NCBI GenBank assembly: GCA_029953675.1
Contig: JAMWBK010000007.1
Coordinates: forward strand, 372,001 to 436,000
DNA from: Rhodosorus marinus CCMP1338
Lineage: Eukaryota > Plantae > Rhodophyta
Length of the DNA stretch: 64,000 nucleotides
Reading direction: 5' to 3'
In this document: piece after piece, positions 24,545-34,452 of the stretch
Layout: every line of letters begins with the position of its first letter
Numbering within the stretch: position 1 is the stretch's first letter
Program-made: the position numbers and the translations under genes
The notes under the pieces: model-generated
Told to the model about the DNA's origin: nothing
Database searches by the model: none
Seen by the model: the letters and a program-made list of their open reading frames with translations, nothing else

Positions 24545-25694
24545 TCAGAAGGGTTTGCGCAAACAACTCGTTCCGCGTAGGCCTTCGCTCTTCTTACTGG
24601 GATCGTGAATAACGAGATTGCAAAGAATCAAAACCTGCGCAATGTAAGCTGACAACACAGGGCTGTGCCGAACATCCCTCTTGCCCCTTATTGTCACCGT
24701 CTTAGCCTCAATGCGAGTCAGGGCGAAAAACCCGTAGCTCCCAACGAGTTCTCCACCAATTCGTACCTAGCGGGCACGAGTTTAGTTAGAGGTTCTGAAC
24801 TCTCTTTGATAGGGTGCAGACTGCTTCGGTTGGAAAGTAATTGCCACTCACCGCGTGCTGGAAACTAACAGAGCCCTCCTTGCCGAGGACCTTCGCCAAG
24901 TAGGTTTGAGCCGTACGCTCAGTGTAGCGTCCGTAGAGAATCGGAGGGCACTCCATGTGTTCATCTGCTGGAGGTCGAAGCAGTTGCATCCTGATGTCGA
25001 AACCGCACCAAAACGAAGCGGGAGGGTTTGTCTCAACAAAAAAACACAACTTGAAGAAGCCAGAAGCTTCCCTTCAGCGTGAAGATGCTTACCTGTCGGC
25101 TTTGAGCTTGTTGATGTCGTAGGATCGGCTGTAGTCCATAGAGGGCTCATCAAATTCGTTCTCCATATCGAATATTGGCATCGTCACAGTATCATGGATG
25201 TTAGGCGCTTCTGGAATTTCCTTTGGGTTGAATTGGACGTCCTGTTTGAAACCGAAGTCGACAACTGATATCTTTTCGGCAAAGTTCGGGTTCGAAGTCT
25301 GCCATCTCGGCTTTTGGTATCCAACAACGGCACCTGCAATCCTGTCTCCCTGTGGAGTTGAGACGCTTTGTTTAAGAGTTTGATAGCAAAATCCGTGAAG
25401 CTTCTTTTCGAGTTTTGCGTGCGGTCCTACCTGACGGATTGGGTAAGCACTTCCACTTCGACGATACACCTCCGAGAAGACGTTCTCAGTTGGAACTTCG
25501 TCAATAGCCGGTTGTTGTCTAATCTCGTCGCCTATTTGCTCCAAATCTACAGGCTTTGGCGGTTGCTGAACCATTTTCCGATAGATTTTCGGATTCTTAT
25601 ATTTCTTTCTCAGCTTGTGAGGGAATCTTTTCACCACAACATCATACCCACGATCAAACAGCGACGTCCCTCGAGGATTTCTAAGAACGTTCAT
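24545..25694 (-). CDS. Ribosomal protein S1-like (OB/S1 folds), probably mitochondrial bS1m, multi-exon
   Basis: IAGAVVG..SVVDFGFKQDVQF..DTVTMPIFDMENEFDEPSMD aligns by eye to bacterial S1 domain 1. Proposed further exons ..PILYGRYTERTAQTYLAKVLGKEG.. / VRIGGELVG..; the 3' end is uncertain. Confidence 0.5.
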
Positions 25695-26619
25695 GATTAA
25701 CCCAACAAAACCACAGGAACCCTCCTACCAAAACAGCTTTTTGGGGGTTCTCAAACAGTGCCTCAGACCGCGCTTCCGATTCCAACCTCTCATACCACCA
25801 CACCTTCGTCTATAAGCTTCATTGCGTATCCAATCGTAAATGAAAATCTTACTCTATTCTTCCATCTTCGAATCTACTGGTACAAGTTGACCTCCTCCAC
25901 CAGCAGCTTCAAACGCATAGGTACCTCTGGACTTCAAGATGGGCGTTCGCCGTGATGAGGCTGGCGCTCTCGCAGTATCCAGGGAAGGATCAAGGTTTGG
26001 ATCTTGAAGGGAGGATCATTGATCCTGGAAGAGCGACGGGTTAAACCCCAATTCTAGTGTAGCTTCCACCAACAGCCTCTGATTCATAGCTCACGACCTC
26101 GAAATCCACATTCGTCTTGGGGAAGGAAGGATCAGGGAGGGATTGAGTAAGGGAGAATCGTCACTCCTGGGAGAAGGACGTGTTGAACCCCCACCCAGTT
26201 CCGGTGTAACCTCCACCAGCGGCATAGAAAGTGTAGCTCACGATCTCAAAGATTCACGTTCTCTCGTTGATAAAGCAGCGCTCCAGGAACCGTCCGGGAA
26301 TGATCCGAGAAGGGGTTAAGTATTGGATTCTCTGGGCGGGTTTCCGGGCTGGAGAGGTGGATCAGTCATCTTGTGTTTGGATTCTCTATGCTATGACTGC
26401 TTCGGCTATAATCACGGAGACTGATTGCACAGCTCGTTCAGTGGTCCAGCTTCGGAATCTCTAGAAGACCTCAAGAGCTCTGGATCTGGATCAGTCACAG
26501 GTTTGGATTTACTAGACTGCTCAAGTACGGGCAAGGAGACCACATTTTGATCCTCTGGACGGCTTCCAGTGGTGGAGAGGTAGATTGGACCTCCTGGGTT
26601 TGGATTCTCTAGAGTGTTT

Positions 26620-28150
26620 CAGTGAAGGAGAGCGGACATAGCGGGATTGTCAAATGTCCCACTTTTTCGGACTGCCTACAGTGCTATAGAGCTCGGCAGC
26701 TGGATCATTCCCCCAATCTAACTAGTGTTGGGGAAGGGGACACACATCAGAAAAGAATCATCATGTGTCCTCTGTCGAATTCCGAGAAAAGTAATCATGA
26801 GAATGATATCGTGAGGAACGACTAAAAGGAGCGTGGCGTCCCCTGCGGGAATTGGAATTGACAAGTCTGCGACAGTGAAAGCCTAGATAGATATTGGTGC
26901 AACCAGCATCGGCACCCGAACCCTGCCTATGAAATCACTTCGGCATAGAGGTTGGTTGAAGCACGTGGGGGCCATGCTTAAACTGGTGTTTCTCATGCTT
27001 GGTAGCAGTGCAAGCAATCTGGAACACACTGCGCGTCATGCTGAATTTTCTCGAGATGTTGTTCGAGCATGCTCTGGGTGGAAGCCCGTTGAACCTATGT
27101 CCACGGCCTCACTTCAGCTGCTCCTGAGACCTCACATGGCAAGGGACTTAGCGAGCTTCTTTTGCTGCTGACCAACGCCGCTTCCCCGGGAGAAACGTTC
27201 CGTCAGAGAGTTCCAGCTCCGAAATCGACCTGCTCAGAAAGCAAGTGACCCTGTCTAACTGGGTACGGCAGTAGCTGTACGGGCTAGGGTCGTTTTCCAC
27301 GGCTCTTTGCGGAATGGCTTCCTCAATGCTCAAGATCTGCTTTCACGACATCAGCAGAATGCCGTGCCTGAAGAATGCATCGCTGTTCCTTGTAGCGTGT
27401 AGTTATCGTCCGTCTTGATCGTTTCTGCGAGTGATGAGGAAAATCATCACCTACATGCAAGCCCGAGGGCGCCGCAACGAACTCAGGCAATCTCAAACCA
27501 ATCTATTCCCAAAACGGACATGGCTGTTGGACATGTGCTCTTTTCGCCCCGCGGATCAGTTTGGACGGTGCATCAACTCCGAAGATGGCCCCCCCGCATA
27601 TCTATCTAGGCTTTCACTGTCGCGGACTTGTCAATTCCAATGTTCACAGTCTAAACCCCGTCACCCGAACGAAAAAGGTCTCAGCGATCTGCTAAACGCT
27701 TTGGAGAAAAGCCATCGGAATCTCCACTAACGATTGGCAGATGCGAACTTGCCGTTTCCACAGCCAAGACTCTTCCTTGACTGTCGAGCAGATAAGAAAA
27801 CGAATCGCGTGGCCTCTCCTGCGCAAAAGACAAAAATCGGGTGCTTCTGAGCACATTCAATCCCCCCGTTCGAAACGAAAGGACAGCAAAGCATCTCAAT
27901 CAAAGTGGGGAGGGGATTCCAATCTTCACTTCGAAGACAACAAACGGAATCACGCAAACTATTGGCAGTTGGCACAGACTGTCAACACCGCTATTGCTAG
28001 ACTGCCGAGTAGGAAACCAACGAATTGATACCATCGACTTGCCCAAGGATATTGAGATATCGTTCGTCTTCTTCGAGTGGCTTTTGTCCAATATATATAA
28101 ATTTTTTGGCTTTTGCAACGTCGCAACTGGTCGGTAGGTGATAGATTGAT
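26620..28150 (+). mobile_element. Heavily degenerate Ty3/gypsy LTR retrotransposon gag-pol remnant
   Basis: Collinear decayed motifs on +: zinc-knuckle-like CYRARQLDH (~26682), protease VKA*IDIGATS (26875-26907), RT MP-CLKNAS (~27359) and VLIVSASDEENHHLH (~27412), integrase-like LTVEQIRKRIAWPLLRK (~27780). No LTRs were identified. Confidence 0.6.
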
Positions 28151-28431
28151 GGTGGTCTTTCCTTCTGCTTCGAGGGTTTTCTCTCTCCCTCGTTGATTTC
28201 CATAAGAGTTTCCTTTCCATCCTGTTCGGAAAAAAAACGTTTCCGGATTGGGACTTCTGAGATACTCGTCTTGCTATGGATTGCTGTTTCTTTAGACTTT
28301 TGTTACTAGAGGATTCACCCTGAAGGTTACTTAAGGCAACCTGAGGTCGGACTAACTCGTTGATGAGTGAGTGCCTGTCCAAGCACAGCATTCGAAGGCT
28401 GGTAGGAAAGTTTTAAAGTTGAGGACCAAGC

Positions 28432-29163
28432 ATGAAAGGTATCGACGCGACGACAGGCACGAAGGAGGCGTGGTTGGAATCACGAACGAAGCTGCTTGCA
28501 AAAGAGAAAGAGCTGAATCGCATGAAGGATGAGGTCGCGAAGATGAGACGGGAGCTGCCCCTTGTTGAGGTTGAGGACTACGTATTTGAGACCAAGGACG
28601 GGCCGAAAAAATTATCAGAGCTTTTCGGGGTAAATTCACAGCTGATAGTCCAACATTTCATGTTTGGACCTGAGTGGGAGGAAGGATGCGTTTCATGCAG
28701 CTTCTGGGCCGATAGCTTTGATCCCATGGTCATCCACGTAAATCAACGCGACGCTAGCTTCGTTGCGAGCTCCAGAGCTCCCGTTGAGAAACTTGAGGCC
28801 TTCAAGGAGCGCATGGGTTGGAAGTTTGAGTGGGTATCCGCGCTGAACAACCGTTTCAACTACGATTTCAACGTCTCCTTTCCGAAGGAGGGGAAAGCGG
28901 ATGACACTGCAATATACAACTACAGACCGAAGCAGGGGGATTACGAGGAGCTGCCCGGAATCAGTACCTTCTACCTAGATAAGGACACCGGGAAAGTCTA
29001 CCACCAGTACTCCTCCTATGCACGTGGCCTTGACGTACTCAATTCTGGTTACCAGCTTATTGATCTTCTTCCTAAAGGCCGAGACGAGAAGGACCTCCAG
29101 TGGAGCATGCAATGGCTCAAGAAACACGACCAATACACCGAGAAGCCCGTCGCATCCAATTAA
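28432..29163 (+). CDS. DUF899 family thioredoxin-like protein (bacterial-type), intronless
   Basis: LLAKEKEL..RRELP, QLIVQHFMFGPEWEEGCVSCSFWAD, VASSRAP, RMGWKFEWVS, FNYDFNV, YSSYARG, DLLPKGRDE. Confidence 0.88.
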   Translation: MKGIDATTGTKEAWLESRTKLLAKEKELNRMKDEVAKMRRELPLVEVEDYVFETKDGPKKLSELFGVNSQLIVQHFMFGPEWEEGCVSCSFWADSFDPMVIHVNQRDASFVASSRAPVEKLEAFKERMGWKFEWVSALNNRFNYDFNVSFPKEGKADDTAIYNYRPKQGDYEELPGISTFYLDKDTGKVYHQYSSYARGLDVLNSGYQLIDLLPKGRDEKDLQWSMQWLKKHDQYTEKPVASN

Positions 29164-29625
29164 CTTTCTTAAACCATACCCTGGCCAATCTGCTTTTGAA
29201 ATAAAAATCTTCTACGAATCACAACAACTCGCGCTAATTTTCCCTCGACTTAGTAGTATCTCAGACTTTATTAACCAATGAACATCGATAATCCTGTACA
29301 TAAGCAATACACACAACTAATCTCAATCTACTGGCGAAATACTCGTAATTGTATATTAAAATAGAATATCTGTGACAAATCCTGTTCATTCGCGCGAATT
29401 AGTGCTCCATTTAGCTATATCTTGGAATGTTTTAACCAATAAAACTTGCTCCTAGATGATATAAGTTTACCCAAAACTGGAGTGCATTGGAGAATTTTTG
29501 GGATGGTATGGACCGGTTGGAGTGCGACCGGAAACATTGGTATCGGAAGGGAGCTGTGTGCGGCTTGGGCAGGTTGATGCAGGTTGAAAAGACAAAGTTA
29601 AGCTTGGAGAGAGAATCAAGACGAT

Positions 29626-30690
29626 ATGGATGACACAGAGGGCTATGACGTGGTAAGTAGATAAATCGTTTACGTTCTGTTCCTCTTGCGAGGATGTTGG
29701 GTATACTTGCGATTTGCTTGACTCTTTCGTTTCTGTTTTTGGGGCCGGGAGTTGAGACGAGTTCTTTGGAGTGCTAAGAAGGTTTATTTGTATTTTGGTA
29801 GGAGGATTCATATGCGCCTGGAGGGCCTTCTCAGTTGGGCACAGCGCCAACCGCGGAGAAGGAGAAACTGGCCGGGAAGGTCGTTCGATTTCTTCTGGCT
29901 CGACATTTGCAGAATGTTTTGACATCCCGGACGGACATAAGCAAACTATTCGATGAGGCTATTAGGTCGCGAAGGACTGTGATTGGTGAGGTGTTCAAGC
30001 TCGCACAGACGTACTTACTTGAGCGGTTTGGGATGGAGGTGGTTGAGGTTTACAGAAAAGTAAAGGGCAGGAGCACGACTGGGCTTAGTCAGACGGCTCG
30101 ATCAGTCCTGTCCCAAGCGAGTGCTTCTCAGGTATGGAATTGATCTCTTATGTACGATTGGATCGAGCGTTTCCTCATGACGGATATCTCTGTAGGGAAC
30201 AGGCCAAGCGAAGTACTATATTCTTGTGAGTGCGCTCCCACAAGAAAGGAGGCCTCCTGTGCAGAACAAGGCAGTTCTAGGACTTGTCTCTACCATTGCT
30301 TCTCTGATCCTGTTGAACCCGCATTTCCGAGTGAACGAGAGTAAGTGGTGACCTTTGCTTGGGACTTGATTGACAGAGTTTCGGAAAAGTTTCTGACTTT
30401 TGTTGTGCACAACCTCCGTAGATTCATTGGTGAGGCACTTGGAAGAGTTGGGAGTGGAAAGCGAGGGACGAAACCTGCACCACCCGCAACTTGGAAACGT
30501 GTCCCAGTTATTGGAAGTGGAGCTAATCAAGCAAGGGTACTTTGAGAAAGAAAAGGACGGAGACCAGAGCTTCTACTCGTTTGGGCCACGGCTGAGGGGA
30601 GAAATAGGTACAGAAGCCCTCGTAGAAATGATTGATCAGGTAAACGGCAACAGCCAAGCAGTCCTGGTCGTTGACGAAGGACTGGGATGA
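29626..30690 (+). CDS. NSE3: NSE3/MAGE-domain subunit of the Smc5/6 complex (multi-exon)
   Basis: KLAGKVVRFLLAR..SRTDI..VFKLAQTYLLERFGMEVVEV (MAGE WH-A); ELIKQGYFEKEK..YSFGPRLRGEIG (WH-B). ATG at 29626 is followed by a GTAAGT intron. Confidence 0.8.
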
Positions 30691-30889
30691 ATTTGCCCCG
30701 TGGAGTTGCGGGAACGGAGACTGAATCAAGCAACTTTCCTTGCCTTCTTTTCCAAGATTTTTGACGGAGAGCTGGACGATGTTACTAAGCAAGAACTAAA
30801 ACTTAGGGCCGATGGTGTTCAGGAGCCAGTGGAAGCGTAAGACCGCACGGGATTACTTCCACAAAGTCACCACGACTTTCAATCAATCA

Positions 30890-31280
30890 AACCAATTATA
30901 TTTGATTGAGATATTTTAAAATATACGATATTATTACTTTTTAACGCGAATCATTGTGCGATATCAATGAAATTGATCGATACCAATCGTTATGGATTAC
31001 CTTGACTGAATCCTACTTTCACCAGCACCAATCTCAACCGCCAATTAGATAGGATAAATCTCTTGAATATCACAAAAAGTTTTCTTCACAGATCTTGATT
31101 GGTCCTCATTTACGAACCATACTATTCATTGGTCAATTCGGAATGTTTTAGAGAAATATATGGACATATTCATGATTTTAACCCTTTCATAATAAAATAT
31201 TTAAGAATAATTGGCTAAGTAGTTTGCTAGTAACGAATTAGAGAAGAATAACAATCATTAGTGATGAACTATTGGTCTAA
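30890..31280. promoter_or_regulatory. AT-rich promoter island with 8 CCAAT/ATTGG boxes
   Basis: CCAAT at 30892, 30983, 31028 and 31041; ATTGG at 31096, 31128, 31210 and 31271; upstream of the gene starting at 31536. Confidence 0.6.
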
Positions 31281-31535
31281 GTTTTCGTAAATCTTTTCAA
31301 AATATATGACAAAGTTTGTTTTGGTTTGGCGAAGGTTATTCGAGGTTTCATTAAGGAGTTGGAGAGGATTTGGAAGGAAGGCTCCGGCAATGGTTTAGAA
31401 ACAAGTCGTAGTGAAGACGTAGTGTGGTGAGATACTCCTTTTTCTTCTTTTTTTTGGTTGAGGTAAAAAACGAAGGGAAAAGCGTTTTTGTTTTGGGTTT
31501 CGTGGTCTCGTGTTTGTAAAGAAACATTGAAATAA

Positions 31536-32392
31536 GTGATGATGAGGATGTACCGATGTTGGATGGTCATTGGACTTACGTTTCTCGTGATTGACGAGGT
31601 AGTTTGCGATGACGTGGACTACTCAGCTAAATTGGCGTCGATCCTGAGCTCGAAGGATGCTGGAGAGAGTACGAAGTTGGTGTCGGAGCTGATGAAGCAC
31701 GCGCATTCGGCCGAGAAACATGAGACAGTACCCGATGTAAGCGCCTTTGCGCCTGCTAGCTCAGCGGATACCCAGCTGAAGGATAGGATTTCCTCGAGCA
31801 TCAATAAGCACATAGGAGGAGTGGCTAGCGTTCTGAATAATAAATCTGGGCAAGATCAGAAGTCAAGGGCCCAGCAAGTTAAGCAGGAAACCGACAGGCT
31901 AAAGAAGGGCACACAGGACGCAATCCGGAGGGCCGAGCAGCACATGGTGAAACTTGAGGAGGTTGAAACTGTTTCCAGCGAAATCAAAGCGTCACTTGCC
32001 ACTGCAAGCACGGCTGCGGATGTGATCAAGAGAAGGGTGGCGTCGGTAAGCATTGTCTCGACGAGCATAGGAAGCTTGCATCTGGGCTTGTTGTCTATTG
32101 GTTTCCCTTCTCTTCAGGTCTCTCTGGGGTTACTTACTTCGAGTTCGTGACGTTTTACCCACAGTTCACCAAGCTTACATCGGATATTGACGTCATAGCC
32201 AAGGAACTTCACTCGAACCTCGAAGCGATCCGGGAGGACATTGACTACATACGAAGGCAAGCGGAGAACGTCGGAGACAAGACATGGGACAAGATCATTT
32301 GGTACTACGTTATCCTGGGCCAACTGTTTCTTTTCGTCGCCTACATCTTCTTCCAAAGAAGTCGGATGGGCATAAAGCCAGGCATGTATTGA
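31536..32392 (+). CDS. Secretory-pathway type I membrane protein with coiled-coil lumenal domain (2 exons)
   Basis: Signal-like MVIGLTFLVIDEVVC, heptad-rich lumenal region, C-terminal TM IIWYYVILGQLFLFVAYIFF and a short tail QRSRMGIKPGMY. Confidence 0.7.
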
Positions 32393-32671
32393 GGGTATTC
32401 CACTAACCCCTGTCGCATAGCAGGCCTCGTGCTTCTTGCTAGGTTCAGACATACAACTTGTTTTGGGCTAGGCTACGACAACTTTCGTCACACTCTTCCC
32501 CAAGAATTCTAGAAAATGAGCTGGGGGGAGGGGGGAAGAACATGGTTATGCGTTTGAGGTTTCGTTTTTTTTTATAATTACACTCATAAATAAGAATTTC
32601 AATCGATTCTTTTTCTGTACAAAGGGTATTGTTTCCTACTGCTACGTGATACGAACGCGGCGTATCGAGAA

Positions 32672-34189
32672 CTACTCCACGGGGCTGTCTCCAAATAGGT
32701 TCTGCCTCGCGAGCCGGTCAATTGCAGTTTCTTCCTCGTCAAAGTCGCTCTTGCTTATAACGCACTTGAAGAGGTATCCCCAGTCTGGCCCAAAGTTTGC
32801 GGGACTGTAGAAAGTGTACCAAAACCGCCGCTGAGGGATGACCACCTGAAGTGCCGGCGTTTCTTCAATACGTTGTGATCGCTGCTGTCTCTTCTCAAGA
32901 TGAAGTGAGAACACTTTTCGCTGCTCGTGCTCGTCGAGGAAAAAGCATAGATCAGAGTACTTTCCAAGTGAAGTTTGGGTATCAAAAGTGACTGTGATCT
33001 CTCGGCACCAAGCAGGGAATTCGACGACCCGCTTGGAGAGCTGCATGGTCAGGATGCAAAGTACGCGTCAGTTGCTACATGCGAGGGATTATGGGATAAC
33101 TATTGAGCCAGAACTTACAGAAGCAAGTACACCTGTTGGGTGAGGGTGGTCGGACTCGATCATGGCCACCCTTCGCCGCGTCCTCTTCGCTACCTCCGCT
33201 TTTTTCGAATACAAAGCTTTCAAACCCGCAAAGCCAAGAACAGAGTCGTAGCGGTACCTCTCGATAATCTCCCCGGTGGTAAGTAGGCCGGACGGTTCGA
33301 CCTCACGAGCGAACAGGCAGGGGTCGATGTCGTAAATTCTCAGCAGCCCAGGCCGGACAAATCTTGCGACGCTCTGCAAAATTCTTTCTCTATCTCGTTC
33401 CTGAACCTCTCGCAACGATTGTTGGGGAATAAAAGAGTTGGCCATCCCCCAGCGAATCACCGCATGCCACAGTTGTTCTTCCGTACAGGACAGGTCCTCG
33501 AGCTGGAGCAGAAACTCGAGCACTTCCGGCCGCAAGCGACTGAACTGCTTCGTACCAACTACTTTATGAGAATTAGTTCGAAAGCAGTCCGTGATAACCC
33601 TCATCAAACCAAGACGCGGATTCTGGTGCGCTTGGTCCAGGAAGAAAATGCAGTTGCGCTCTGAGAGCTGCGTAGTAACATGCTTCCGACAAATTTCAGC
33701 CAAGGAATCCGCTCCAAGCCGCACCGCAAAGTCCCACAGCGAGAAGACGCGCTTGTCGCTGACCCTGATTTTGCCGGTGTAGAAGAACTCGACAACGGCT
33801 GAGGCAATAGTTGGACAAACATCAGTCCAAGCCCACTTCAATTGTCCTCTATTCCCTTGTTTCGCGTCGAGATCTATCTGCTTCCTTAAACCCGTGCACC
33901 GTGCAGCAATGAGGACCTTGTGCGTTTGGATCTCCACCTGCTCTTCCCCGTGGGTGACTGAAATCGACAAGTCCGTATCGATTCCTAATAAATACAGCTC
34001 ATGAACCCTTTTCAACAAGGCTCTTTTTGAGCTCAAAACACGGACTTCATCCCGAGGTCTGGAAAACGCTTCGCTTTTTCCCCAGTCACCTCGGCCCAAC
34101 CTCAAAGTCTTTCGTTCTCCAGACCACTCCGTCAGGAGCACCGTGTCGCTCACAGTGCTCCGGAGAACCTCCATCCCCAACGCTCCCAT
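32672..34189 (-). CDS. BTB/POZ-BACK domain protein with C-terminal CUB-like (ESxHP) domain (2 exons)
   Basis: THKVLIAARC, AVVEFFYTGKI, LAEICRKHVTTQLSERNC, CTEEQLWHAVIRWG; C-terminus IESDHPH..ITVTFD..DWGYLF. Confidence 0.85.
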
Positions 34190-34452
34190 CCTTTTCTACA
34201 TTCTACTCCCTTTTTATGCTTTAACACCCCCTCCAGTCTCCCTCATCGTCCATGATGCCCATGGAATGCGGTTCTCCAACGTACCCTTGAAGCGCTTCCG
34301 CGGTTTTGCCACCAGGCGAGTTACCAGCACTGAAATTATAGAATATTCAATATAATTTCAGCACTTCCAATGAGCAGCATTCGTCCAAAAAAAATATGAA
34401 TAGCTGCTTCAGGGTGATTCTAAGTTGACGGTAACTGGCTTCAGGGTGAGTG

